Shown here piece after piece: positions 38,515 to 50,572 of a DNA stretch of 64,000 nucleotides (the stretch's first letter is position 1; every line of letters begins with the position of its first letter). Source of the DNA: Eukaryota sp. TZLM1-RC (lineage: Eukaryota > Protista > Metamonada: BaSk clade). The position numbers and the translations under genes were made by a program. The notes under the pieces are model-generated. The model worked only from the letters and a program-made list of their open reading frames with translations, had not been told where the DNA came from and searched no databases. The DNA lies in the NCBI GenBank assembly GCA_040285825.1, contig JAUPSS010000002.1, positions 3,534,001 to 3,598,000 on the forward strand, read 5' to 3'.

Positions 38515-41500
38515 CTATAATAATGCTACCACCCACTGAGAATCATTGTTATTAGCAGATGTGAAACAACAATAACAATCTTCAAAAGTCCATAAATCAG
38601 TGCTATCAATGACACCTCCGTCCTCTGAAGAGAAGACAAAACCATTCTCTGTTTTTGTTAAAATTAAAAAACGAGCTGTGTTAGAAACATTTGAAGGAGT
38701 TTCGGTCAACTGACTGAATGTAACAAAAACCCAAGGGAACTTAAGCTGCAACTGATTAATGGCAAAGCAAATCAAATACCGTAATCCCAAAACTTGATTG
38801 ATGAATGACTCCATATGTTCCTTGAAATCGGCATTTAAGTCAGAAAACTGTTGCATCATGGAATTAAAAAACCTTCGCAAAACAGAAACTTCTTCTACAA
38901 AGTTCTGACCCTCTTTCAGAAAATCGTCTAAGGACGTGTTAGTAATATGAGACCACTGTATAAGGAAACGAAACACTGAAAACAATGTCCTGGTGATCTC
39001 ATGAAAGGTAGACAATTCAGGAGTTGAGCAGCCACACAAGGTTTTTGATTCTTGCAGTTGTGGAAGAATACATTTCTCCTTGATTAGATTACACATAAAA
39101 CAGAAAACTAATGTATTACTTGTTTGTTGACTGGAAAAAAGATCAACAAGCTGCTTCCACAGAATTGTCGACTTGTTACGAAGAGAAGAAGCGTTTCCGA
39201 AAAGATGAACGAAAAAATCAATATCAATTTGGAAATTAAGTTCATCAATAGGAAACGGTTTATCATTACTAGACACAAAATAGAAGGCGGATAGAAGACC
39301 ATGTTTTGCAAAACTGTTGGTTGGATCTCTCGTCAAAGCATCAGAATAGCAATCAATAACATTTAACATTGGTTCATTCTCGTATAGCGCAGAACTATGA
39401 CAATACCGATATCGAAAAACATCTCCAAGTTCTGTGAAAACAAAGCTCAAGAGCTTGGATGACACATTGTGACTAGCAGACACCACATTGTGAAGGGATA
39501 AATCAAACTTGGAAATAAAATCATCAACAACCACTAAGTAGCGGTCACGATCTGCAGCAAGCAAACACTTCAGCAAGACACATAAAAGACGAGTAGATAA
39601 CAATCGTGTTCCAAGCTTCTGACAATTCAATTGATCTTGGAGCTGTAACAAGATCTCCAAAAAAGCATGGGAAAGTTTCACAGAAAGAGACTTTGCAGTA
39701 CGGCAAAACAAACACAATGTCAGAACGACACCCTCAATTGTTTCCAGCACAAATTCAGGGCCATATTGAAATGAAGTGGTTACAAGATGCTCCAATAGAA
39801 ATTTAATAATATCCAGTATTCGTTGGTTGAGTTCCTGCTGGTTGAGAGGAGTCCAAACGCATTTACTAATGCGATTAGTAGTGACAAAATCAGCAACATA
39901 TTGGTTGATGAAGAACTTGTTGTCATTTCTCAGAATTAGTTTTCCAAGTGATGGATGATCAGCTGTAATGTTCTTCAAGTCAGAAAACTCAATTCTATGC
40001 TCAGAACAGAAAGCATGTACACAGCGTATCAGAAATTCGTTGTAGGTCATGAATTCTTCTGATAACTCCTGAACTTTGACAGGTCTTTTAAAATATTGAT
40101 TGATGAGATGACAAACACTCTCTTTAAGTTTAGACGTTTGTCTTTGAAACACAAGAACACCGACATAAAGAAAAAGAGAGTCTTTGTAACACGAAACACT
40201 GTCAAGTGTAGCTAGGTTGAATCTTTGACAAAGCCTGACAAGGTTCTCATCAAAATTACTACTGAAACCTGGAATAACATAAGGATCATAAAAATACTTC
40301 CAGAAAGAAAGTTCCATATTCCCATCTGTTGCAACAAATGATTGTTGGAATCTTTCAGACAGAAGATTGGCATCATACTTAGAACCCACAATGAAGTTCC
40401 TCACAACAAAAAGAAGTTTGGAGGGCTTTGAAAGCGAATCCCGAGTTTGATATTCCAAAATTTCTTTAACCAAATTTTTTCGAGAGATTCCATCAATAAA
40501 AATAATCATGTTGTCAATAGTGGAACTCAAAATCGAAGATACTGCATCTTTCTGTTTTTCTCTAGAGTCTGCAGTAATGACAAAGGATGTGTAACGACTC
40601 TGTTTTCCAATTTTTGCCAATGATGCCAGCAAAGCAGTATGACAACCATTACAGGGTTCACTTTTTAAAACTTCAAAAACTCCGACCTTCCATCTATCTT
40701 GATTGAATACAGCTTCGAATTTCGACTCTAAAGAAATCACTCCATAATGACTGGGAATCACACAGTCATTTCCAAACAAAGATAAATGTGGTTTGTCACC
40801 AGAAAGGAAGTTTTCAAAATGTTTGGAGAGCTCATCCTCAGAGCTACCACGGAAAGGCAACTGCGAAAAAGAAGACTCAGTGGAGTTCCCTTGAAAACCA
40901 AACCGATAACAAATATTAGGACGATAGAAAGAACACCAAGAGAGAATTGAGAGATCTAGGCTACCATTACAGGAGATAAGTGGAATATCGAGAGCAAAAG
41001 AGATGACACCTTGCTTCTGTATGCCAAGTGTATTGAGATAGTTAGTAAAAGCATCTTCAGAAAAGTGAAGTTCTGGCACATGTTTATAAAACACATTAGG
41101 TGGACAACTAAGCATAGCAGTTGGGGCAACATCAATAACAAATTTCCAAGGCAAAGAAACGAAGTTATCCAACAAGGTTGTCCTTGGCAAAGAGTAGCAA
41201 TCATTGGAAAAACAAGTGGCTGAATTAAAAACAACAGCAACACGAGGAAGAAAAGAAAAACAATCACGAGATGGAAACTTTTGAACAACAGAAAGTTGCT
41301 GTGCAACGGCTAAATCGTCAAATTTTGAACAAGTTGTTCCGTTTCTAACCCATATCTCATTTTTATAATACAGCAAATCCAATCCACAGCAAATTTCGAG
41401 TAAAAAAACCATTCTTCTTTGTTTGTTTTTGACCCGGCCTGATTCGTCCCCAATATCGACACTAAATAATGGGTGGAAAACAACACTGGGAATACACTTA

Positions 41501-41871
41501 AAAATTGATGCAAGTAATGGGGAGAAGGTCTTATCATCAGATACAGAATTATCTAAATGGATGTGAGGTGGTAGGTCTTCACTTCCTTTAAGAAAGTGGA
41601 AAACAGAACGTAGATCACTTTTAAAAGCAGAGCAGGGGTACTCTGGATTAGCAGTTTCTTCTTCATCAACACCAATGATAAGATACGACGAGGCAGTAGA
41701 TTTGTTGGCCAAAGAAGTCCATTGTTGTGGAGAATTATGAAGTGCAGCAAAGACTTTCCAGAAACGATCCTCTCTGGCAGATTTGGCAAGGGATCGTTTT
41801 AGATCATGAACATTACTCTCTTCACCACTAGAGATGAGGTCAAGGGTAAAGTCTATTGTGGACTGACTCAT
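38515..41871 (-). CDS. Large protein with N-terminal Schlafen/AlbA_2-like domain, degenerate P-loop (STAND-like) and helical/TPR-like region (SAMD9-like architecture)
   Basis: Intact 1118-aa ORF. ISSGEESNVHDLKRS, AALHNS..YLIIGVDE and IWVRNGT resemble AlbA_2; KSEPCNGCHT and MIIFIDG resemble Walker A/B. The domain call is motif-based only. Confidence 0.55.
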   Translation of the reverse strand: MSQSTIDFTLDLISSGEESNVHDLKRSLAKSAREDRFWKVFAALHNSPQQWTSLANKSTASSYLIIGVDEEETANPEYPCSAFKSDLRSVFHFLKGSEDLPPHIHLDNSVSDDKTFSPLLASIFKCIPSVVFHPLFSVDIGDESGRVKNKQRRMVFLLEICCGLDLLYYKNEIWVRNGTTCSKFDDLAVAQQLSVVQKFPSRDCFSFLPRVAVVFNSATCFSNDCYSLPRTTLLDNFVSLPWKFVIDVAPTAMLSCPPNVFYKHVPELHFSEDAFTNYLNTLGIQKQGVISFALDIPLISCNGSLDLSILSWCSFYRPNICYRFGFQGNSTESSFSQLPFRGSSEDELSKHFENFLSGDKPHLSLFGNDCVIPSHYGVISLESKFEAVFNQDRWKVGVFEVLKSEPCNGCHTALLASLAKIGKQSRYTSFVITADSREKQKDAVSSILSSTIDNMIIFIDGISRKNLVKEILEYQTRDSLSKPSKLLFVVRNFIVGSKYDANLLSERFQQSFVATDGNMELSFWKYFYDPYVIPGFSSNFDENLVRLCQRFNLATLDSVSCYKDSLFLYVGVLVFQRQTSKLKESVCHLINQYFKRPVKVQELSEEFMTYNEFLIRCVHAFCSEHRIEFSDLKNITADHPSLGKLILRNDNKFFINQYVADFVTTNRISKCVWTPLNQQELNQRILDIIKFLLEHLVTTSFQYGPEFVLETIEGVVLTLCLFCRTAKSLSVKLSHAFLEILLQLQDQLNCQKLGTRLLSTRLLCVLLKCLLAADRDRYLVVVDDFISKFDLSLHNVVSASHNVSSKLLSFVFTELGDVFRYRYCHSSALYENEPMLNVIDCYSDALTRDPTNSFAKHGLLSAFYFVSSNDKPFPIDELNFQIDIDFFVHLFGNASSLRNKSTILWKQLVDLFSSQQTSNTLVFCFMCNLIKEKCILPQLQESKTLCGCSTPELSTFHEITRTLFSVFRFLIQWSHITNTSLDDFLKEGQNFVEEVSVLRRFFNSMMQQFSDLNADFKEHMESFINQVLGLRYLICFAINQLQLKFPWVFVTFSQLTETPSNVSNTARFLILTKTENGFVFSSEDGGVIDSTDLWTFEDCYCCFTSANNNDSQWVVALL

Positions 41872-42338
41872 GAGGGTTCTATTAGCAGGTAGTTCTAGTA
41901 GGACAAATTCTGACTTCCCGACTCTGTATGCTTATTTCTTTGCACTCATTTTAATCTCTTTTCCTACAAGACATCATTCTTTTGAGGACGCCACAGTCAG
42001 ATTACTTGATGATTTTCCTACTTTGTGAACAACCTCAGTGATCAGTATCAGTCAATTTTCTCACTTCTCAAATTCAGTTGCACAGCACTCCCTCATGACA
42101 TACTTCTGGTCTGATGTTTGTGAACAGTATTCAGTTTATCTTTCTTTGTGAGTATCTCGTGTATTTGCTTGAGTAATAATCCGATCAATTAGCTTATCAT
42201 TTAAATTTGTCGCACCACACTGGAACTTCAAATGAGCCGCAGAAAATATCAAAAACGATACTCTTACACTTACAGCAATGCATTTATTAGTTTACAACAT
42301 TCAATTGTATACTTCTTGATTTTTTACTATTTTATTTA

Positions 42339-44460
42339 TTTATTTATTTATTAACCATTTATATAAAGAATCAAATAAAAACAAAACAAACTAAAACACA
42401 TAAGAAACTAAATTCTCCACGCCAACTCTTGATGAATCCTTATAAAGTTTAGACATCATTAAACTCAAGTACTTGGGAACACTTCTGTACAAAGCGAAAA
42501 TGATACGATTTTTCCATAAATTCTCTGCAAAATTCTTACCACTTGAACGACATAAATTACCAAAATCATTGATGAAATTCAAGGCGGATTGTCCAATGTT
42601 GCCAAAAATCGAAAAGGCAAAAGGAACAAACGAAAACTTTGAATAAAGGTTCTTATTTAAATCATTTAATATCTCAGTATATTTATCTCTCTTACGATCT
42701 TCAGCCTTGTTTAAATGACCATTAGTACTAAGTAAAACATCATCGCGATAAACAAAAGCAAAGGGATCAACTGTAGTGAAATCAACAACAACTTGAGAGG
42801 AATCCACAAAAGGAGCAATTAAATCACCTCGACGTGAATTAAAAAGATTATCATCACTATAATGCTTCAACAAAGGTTCTACTTTGCAACTAAAATTGTA
42901 ACACTTGAACATCTCATATGTCACATCACGAACGGCATTATGAAGAACTGACCTATATTGGAGAAATTTCTTACAACTAACAATATGACGGAAATTGGCA
43001 GTAGGTTTTTCGTTACAAATACAAACAGAATTATCCAAAAGACCACTTGGATACAGCCCCAATCTCAAACGCATGTTTTGTTTCCAAGCTTCATTTGTTA
43101 AGTGAAGACCAAATGGCCTTGGTTGCTGAGATATTAAACTAGTACAGTTCTGAATGTCTGATAAAAAGGCAGCAAAGACGGGATTATTAATCTTAGTCAC
43201 ACTAAGTCGTTTAGAAAAATCCAAGTCTTCAAAACCAATAAGAACAGACTTCTGTAATTTCACAACAGCAATTTTATTTATTTTATTTTTTAGTCCTAAA
43301 TTTGGTGGAGTTGGTTTTTCAAAAGCAGAGTATTTATGCAAAAGTGCTTTTATTGGTGGTATGAAAAATTTTCTTTTTGAATGGAAACTTCGTTTTGATC
43401 ATATTCCTTTAAATGAATCACATCCTTTATTAATTTCTCTTGAAAAAATGGTGCAAGAACTACATGTTGATATTTGGAATAGGAGTTTTCCTTCAAGTTT
43501 GCCTGCTGTGCCTTCGAGATCTTTCACCAACCTTCATCTTGCTGTTGTGAAATTACAGAAGTCTGTTCTTATTGGTTTTGAAGACCTGGATTTTTCTAAA
43601 CGACTTAGTGTGACTAAGATTAATAATCCCGTCTTTGCTGCCTTTTTATCAGACATTCAGAACTGTACTAGTTTAATATCTCAGCAACCAAGGCCATTTG
43701 GTCTTCACTTCACAAATGAAGCTTGGAAACAAAACATGCGGTTGGGATTAGGGATGTATCCAAGTGGTCTTTTGGACAATTCTTATTGTATTTGTAACAA
43801 AAAACCTACTGCCAATTTTCGTCATATTGTGAGCTGTAAGAAATTTCTCCAATATAGGTCAGTTCTTCATAATGCCGTTCGTGATGTGACATATGAGATG
43901 TTCAAGTGTTACAATTTTAGTTGCAAAGTAGAACCTTTGTTGAAGCATTATAGTGATGATAATCTTTTTAATTCACGTCGAGGTGATTTAATTGCTCCTT
44001 TTGTGGATTCCTCTCAAGTTGTTGTTGATTTCACTACAGTTGATCCCTTTGCTTTTGTTTATCGCGATGATGTTTTACTTAGTACTAATGGTCATTTAAA
44101 CAAGGCTGAAGATCGTAAGAGAGATAAATATACTGAGATATTAAATGATTTAAATAAGAACCTTTATTCAAAGTTTTCGTTTGTTCCTTTTGCCTTTTCG
44201 ATTTTTGGCAACATTGGACAATCCGCCTTGAATTTCATCAATGATTTTGGTAATTTATGTCGTTCAAGTGGTAAGAATTTTGCAGAGAATTTATGGAAAA
44301 ATCGTATCATTTTCGCTTTGTACAGAAGTGTTCCCAAGTACTTGAGTTTAATGATGTCTAAACTTTATAAGGATTCATCAAGAGTTGGCGTGGAGAATTT
44401 GGTTTCTTATGTGTTTTAGTTTGTTTTGTTTTTATTTGATTCTTTATATAAATGGTTTAA
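42339..44460. mobile_element. Head-to-head pair of 5'-truncated CRE family C elements (42339-43270 minus; 43271-44460 plus)
   Basis: Both arms end VGVENLVSYVF* plus the same 3'UTR; flanked by ATTTTATTTA at 42329-42338 and 44461-44470. Confidence 0.85.
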
Positions 44461-44494
44461 ATTTTATTTAATTTTTATTTATTTCAATAAAGAA

Positions 44495-45430
44495 TATTTA
44501 TTGAATTTGCACACTTAATTAAATTAACTCATAACTAATGGGACGACTATCAATGAACCAAGATTTCCTCTACAAAATCTTGATCTGCTTGCGGTCTAGC
44601 TAAAGCTTCTCTTATTCGATTGAAAAACCGAGGTAATCTATTGATAATGGCAAATTGAATCCGTGAACGCCATAAAAAAATATCAAATCTTTTCATTGTT
44701 TTTTCTTGCACCATTTTTTGGAAGTCATTCAAAAAAGTTTCTGCTTCATCTGATAATCTTCCATTTATCGAAAATGGAAAAAAAGAGATCGGTTTGGAAT
44801 TTCTTGAATTGATTGAGGAAAACATTTGGTCCAAATTTGTGCCGGCAATTTTTCAAGTTCACAAGATAACTCATACAAATAGGGACTGCAATTGGGAACA
44901 GATGAGAATCATCAGGAAATCTACGAGAAAATTCATAAATAAAATTTTTGCCACCACCCAAGAATGCTGATTGACACAAAATTGAAGATTTAGTAAATCC
45001 AATACCACCCAAATTTGCTGAAGAAAATAAGTGACTTTTCAACATTCCTGGTTCTACATCCAATAAATCAGCAAAAAATTCTGTTCTCAATGAATTAAAA
45101 GAACGACAAAAATCTAATGCTATGGAAGGAGCACAAGATCTCAAAATGTGGGTTATTCTCCCACTATAGCAAATTTTAAGCATAAAAAATTTAATATGTT
45201 TGTCTTTATCTAAGGAAGAAATTGAATCAAGTTCAATTTTCATTTTCTCCAAAATAACTTGTAATTCATTCAGAATTTGAGACACGTTTCCTAACCAACA
45301 ACCAAGGAACTTAAAAGCATCACTACTATAATTAGTAAAAGGGACAATGGAATCGTTTATCACGAGATCTTGAGCAGAAGAACCAATCAGAAGGCATTTG
45401 CTCGCATTTAGATGAAGACCAATATTTTCA
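44495..45430 (-). mobile_element. Chimera of family A 3' end (44495-44780) and family D internal region (44780-45430)
   Basis: Abrupt switch from D-type FPQSIQEIPNRSLF to A-type PFSINGRLSDEAE. Confidence 0.75.
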
Positions 45431-45469
45431 TGTGGTGCCTCTACAGAATGTCTATTGTTAGGCTATTTG

Positions 45470-46010
45470 ATGGGATCTAATGTTTTATAGTCAATGTGTA
45501 AGCGCACTGAACGAAACCCATAATGCAGTAAAGGTGTGGTTTCGCAATGGAGGTGGTGGTAGATCACGTCAAAAAGTAAAAAATCCACGTAAGGCGTTTC
45601 TCAAGTTGTTACAATGTTCATTTGCTAATGCGAAGATCGGAGATGAATATATGACATCTGCAAAGGTGAACTGCTGCAAGATGCTACACCAAAAGATCTA
45701 TAGAGAAGTTGATGGTGAAGTTAAAGTTCACAACGCCTATTTCAGTTGTCCGGAATGTAATCAAGTATGGTCTAGAGACATTTCTGCATCACCAAATCAG
45801 CTAGAAAGTGCAATTAGTGAGCACTACTATGGAACAAGACCAGAAGCGTTCCAGAGACCACAAAGAAACTAGCTTCAAAGCTACGTATCGTTTTAGAGGA
45901 GAAATGGGCTCACTGAGATTGGTGGCCAATTATTCGAGCATTCTAGAACGTCTGTGGACGATCTCACCAAGAATGAAAGTTCTTGGAATAAGTTTGATGC
46001 TTGACAAAAG
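45470..46010 (+). pseudogene. Fanzor1 C-terminal remnant plus putative omegaRNA
   Basis: DEYMTSAKVNCCK, CPEC..WSRD and RPEAFQRP; downstream hairpin CCAAGAA-TGAAAG-TTCTTGG and TGAGAT/ATCTCA pairing. Confidence 0.75.
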
Positions 46011-46682
46011 TATGCATTTCAAATGAAAACCTCAGAAACACATTCAACTATTTTTCAAATATCTCTGCTTTTCCAATAGAGTGCTCTGACTGATTCTCTG
46101 TTTTCAGAAAGGTTGTTTCTAGCTTTTTCTGATATCTTGTATGTTATTTGTTGTCAATAGATAGTGATTCTCTCAAACTGTAAAATATTGGTCGTGAGAC
46201 ATAACAAAACAATCAAACTCAATAGATTGTCAATAGATCAGTGTTTTCAATAGATTCTACAACCTTATTTCCAACTTGTGCATTTTATGGTAGTTCATCA
46301 AGAGTCATCAATCAATCCAAGAAATGCAAAAAAGAATTAATGTTCTATTGTTGTTTTTGGATATGATCCTATAATACAAAGACGGAAACTGGCAATACTG
46401 ATATTGTATGGTAATTTGAAACACACCAAACCGACAGAAAGAATTGAAATTGTGAATATAATAAGCATAATTTGCAATGAAGTGTTCAAAGGTGCCCAAC
46501 TTTTAGTCCAACCAGATAAGAAAAGAACTGATCCAATGTCAATAATAGATAAATTTAAAAATAAATTTAATGAAAAAACAATTTGATCAAGAAACAAGTT
46601 GGTGTGATTGGTGAAGATTCAACTGAATCATTAACTAACCAATTGACAAAAAACACTATACAATGTAAATAACAAAATCAAG

Positions 46683-47402
46683 TTATTTTTTAAATCTCGA
46701 AACTTTACAAAAAAGATTTCCCTGGTTCAAAACCAGAGTTTTTCTCAAAGAATTACACACTCTTTGCAACGTCAATACTTCCAACCACTTCTTCTCCTGT
46801 CCCTCCAAATCTGTCACCCCTGCCACAGAATGAACTTTACTTGGAAGATCTGTATAGAGCAAGTAATTGCACCCCATCGCACCCCCTGCACGAACTACAT
46901 AACCGTTGCTGCGTAGTGTTTTGTAGAGAGGGAATGATGAGGAGAGTGGAGGAGAAAGGGGTGTAAGAGAATGTGGATCGTAAAGAGTTGCAGAGTGTGA
47001 GCGTGCCAAGTATAGAGACTCCTCATAGAACAGCACGTAGGGAGAAGGTGTGGAGAGTAATGGATTTATGGGTAGTTGTTCAGTTATATGTGATCTGTCC
47101 AAAGTAATGACCTGGGCTGCTTTGTTGCTATTGTGAGTGTGGTGTTTCAACCATGGTGCGTTAAGGGACGATATCCATTGCTGTGTATCAGGATAAAGAC
47201 CCCTGGCGGGGAGTTTGGTAAGTTCGTCACACTGACAAAAACATGGAACGCAATTGTATGCAGAAAGTGCAAAATCGTTAGAGTACTTGGAAAAGAGGGG
47301 TCGACCATATCCCAAAGTGATTAGATTACGGATGGACAACTTACAAGTTGCGTAAACGATGCTGGAATCAGAGAGAAGTAGGCTATGGTGCACAGTAGTC
47401 AT
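46683..47402 (-). CDS. tRNA-splicing endonuclease catalytic subunit (Sen34/Sen2-like)
   Basis: YKTLRSNGYVVRAG..GCNYLLY..PSKVHS..RKTL with Tyr-His-Lys triad. Confidence 0.7.
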   Translation of the reverse strand: MTTVHHSLLLSDSSIVYATCKLSIRNLITLGYGRPLFSKYSNDFALSAYNCVPCFCQCDELTKLPARGLYPDTQQWISSLNAPWLKHHTHNSNKAAQVITLDRSHITEQLPINPLLSTPSPYVLFYEESLYLARSHSATLYDPHSLTPLSPPLSSSFPLYKTLRSNGYVVRAGGAMGCNYLLYTDLPSKVHSVAGVTDLEGQEKKWLEVLTLQRVCNSLRKTLVLNQGNLFCKVSRFKK

Positions 47403-47458
47403 TGTTCATTGACATCGAAAACAGCATCCAAATTCATTTTGAGAAAGAGAACATTAAG

Positions 47459-49760
47459 TGAACTTCCACACTTAACAAAATAAACTCATAACTAATGGAA
47501 CGAAAATCATTTAACCAAGAATCCCTCTACAGAATCTTGACCTACTTGCTGTCTCGCTGAAGGTTCTCTAATTCGATAGAAAAACCGAAGCAATCTATTA
47601 ACCATGGCAAATTGAATTTGGGATCGCCACGAAAAATTATCAAATCTTTCATAGTTTTTTCAAGAACCATTGTTTGGAAATCATTCAAAAAAGTTCCTGC
47701 TTCCACTGATAGTCTTCCGTTTAAAGAAAATGGGAAAGCAATAAAAACTCGTGGTGTGTTTCTATCAGCATTAGCTTCTTCAAAATTTTTGCATTGATTT
47801 CTAAGGTTTCTTTGACTTTGAATTAGAAGAGAATCTACAGCATTAAGTTTTCTTCTTTGAACCAAAGCGTCTTTTGCAACATTACAGGAGATAAAGTCAA
47901 CAACAGCTTCAGTGTTCTCAATCCAATCAGAGTATATATCAGCTCTGTCATCAGAATTTAAAATTATTTAATGACAGTGGTTCTCTCAGCAAAGGCTCTT
48001 TGATACATGAAATTCTTACATTTCTTGCCATAGTAAAAACAGTGTTTCTGGCAGCATCATGTAATGAAGCACAAAAGGTTATCAATATGGGGCAATTTAA
48101 AGCATGCCATAAGGTCTGTGTGAGGAATTAGAACAAATACATGTTTCATTAAATAGAAGTTGGTCAATAGGGATATTTGTTGGCGCCTTAAGGCTTGTAT
48201 ACTATGATGAGAAAATGAATCAACTTTTCCCCATTGACTTTCTTCAACCACATTAGATTTTAGGCAGCAATAATTAATGTCCATTTTAAGTTCAGGTATA
48301 CCGTAAAAACTTTAGCAGTTACATAGTAACAGCTAACCAGACATCTTTTCAACATGTCAGACATCTCAGGGAAAGGTGCCTCTGACTTCTCTCATCCACC
48401 TAACATGCAGTACCAGCAAGGTACACAACATACAACATACACAAGTAAGGATAACGAGGACGGACCCGGCTCCCACCTCCTCCTGAACATAAGAAAAACA
48501 CGAAGGAGTGAACGAGGTCCTTCCTTCCACAAAAAATGACGTTAGGAAAACGGACCCGGCTCCCACTCTTCTCAAGGAAATAGTGTCTTCATCAAAGGTT
48601 ACGAGAACGGACCCAGTTCCTTCTCCACTCCCTAAAGTAGCATCTAGTAAGGAAACCGATGGAAATCCCACTTTACATAATCGACCCCTCTAGGACAGTA
48701 CGGAAGGGGAAGATGATTCCAGTGATGGATTCTACAAACTTCTAACATGGACGTGGAGCCTTACCTCGAATCAATGGACTTTAATCCTTTCCAGCAGCTC
48801 CCTCCCTTATGGAGCCAAACACACAAAAGTCGACTACATACGAGGTTACGAGTAGAGATTCCATCTCCACTATCATTGTACTACAGTGGCAAAAATACGG
48901 TCGTTGCTTCTCTGATATTTTTAGTTGTAAAGCCAGTATTTTAACAACAAAAGACGCCGCCTTCAGGTTTCTGAATTTCGTTACTTCGCTTACTGTTTTT
49001 TTTGAATTCAACATAGACCTGCATGATCATTAGCGAATCCATTCTTCGATTTCATGATATTTTTCCTAAACGACACTACCACGTTACTCGTTTACGAAAA
49101 AGGGAAGAAGCAGAGCGTCTTTATGTAGCGATTAAAACATACACAACAAAGTATTCAAACACACAGATTTTGGAACGAGGCCCTTTTCAGTTATTGCTTA
49201 CTACCGTATACTTACATTATTGTGGGATAGTCAGAGTACATCAATTGTCGCTCTAAAAAGTGTAAAACCAGTGTTTGTGTGAATCCCAATCACTACAAAG
49301 ATAAATGTAGACAATAGAAAACATTAGAATTTAGTATTTAGTTCTTAGTATTCATAGTTATTTAGTTATTGGTTCATAGTTTTAGTTTCATATTCATATA
49401 AGCTGTTTTAATTTGAAAAAGGGAAGAAGAAGTAGTGGCGCCTTAAGGCTTATATAATATGATTACAAAATAAATCCACTTGTCCCCATTGACTTTCTTT
49501 AACCACATTAGACTTTAGGCAACATATTCAGATATTATCTGATTTTTGTTACAAAAGCGTCATTATAGGCATATAGCCCAACCATTGGTAGTGCAATGGT
49601 GACAAATAGTGATGAATCTGATCACTTGTTCTCGCACACACCTTTTTCTCATAGTGATGAATGAAGATCTTGATCTAAAACAGACGAGCAGCAGGTATCG
49701 TTAAAACAGGGTATCTATGTACATTTCAGTCATCCATTTTGGATATTTCGATGTATATAT
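47459..49760 (-). mobile_element. Diverged family A-like CRE element interrupted by an LTR-type insertion
   Basis: RRKLN..IAFPFSLNGRLSVEAG and tail; sequence resumes after 49528. Confidence 0.7.
48178..49524 (+). mobile_element. Small non-autonomous LTR-type element (about 92-bp direct repeats 48178-48269 and 49433-49524)
   Basis: TGT...ACA termini, 4-bp TSD TATT (48174-77, 49525-28), polypurine tract GAAAAAGGGAAGAAGAAG directly before the right repeat. Confidence 0.75.
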
Positions 49761-49929
49761 TTTAAGGTGTAAAAGGGAACTCCCTCTCCTTTGAGAAAGT
49801 AATTACTTTTATTCCGGAAACAGAGACATTTTAAAACTAGACAACAAACCTTAACTAAAGCTTTTACCTACACAAGCCCCATCAATTGAATGATGGGACA
49901 TTTCCACTGTTCACTTGAATAGCAACTCG

Positions 49930-50330
49930 CTTGTTCTAAAACTCCGTAATGTTATTCAAAATGGAGTTAATATAACGAGGAAGAGCTTTCAATAACGAAA
50001 ATACAATTCTGTTGTTCCAAATCAAAAAAAATGAATGCACGACCACTTTCTTTGAGAAGTTTTGATAAATCATCCAAAAAGTTTAGACCCTCACTTCAAA
50101 TGGTACCAAAAATAGAAATAGCAATTGGGACAAATTTGATGTTTCTGTCCCTTGCCTCATTCAGACGTTGTAGAAGGGCTTCGTACTTTGATTTCTTGGA
50201 AAGCTCTGCAACTTTGAGTAAATGTCAAATGTCAGAATTGGAACTTCTTTTCCATGGAGACACAGTAGTACAATCGATAATTAGTTCAGTTCCATCATAC
50301 CAAGCACATTGAATATCACCTCGTTTTTTT
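49930..50330 (-). mobile_element. RLE fragment of a further CRE-like family
   Basis: KRGDIQCAWYDG..IIDCTTVSP..KKSKY..FVPIAISIFG..WNNRIVF. Confidence 0.65.
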
Positions 50331-50572
50331 CTCAAAAGTAATTAGTTGATGTCGAAAATGTGTAATTTCCTCCTTTCAATATTAATTTATAGAAGATAAA
50401 CCCTTTCCAAGTCGTCTCTTTATTCACTTACAAACATCATAAAGAGAGGGATTCCATTGGTGCTGTATACCCATTGTTACTTGATCGGTTTTGGATAAAT
50501 ATACATGACACATCATGACACGTTTCAATTTCATTCATGTATCATTCAAAACTGTTCCATATTTTTTGAAAA

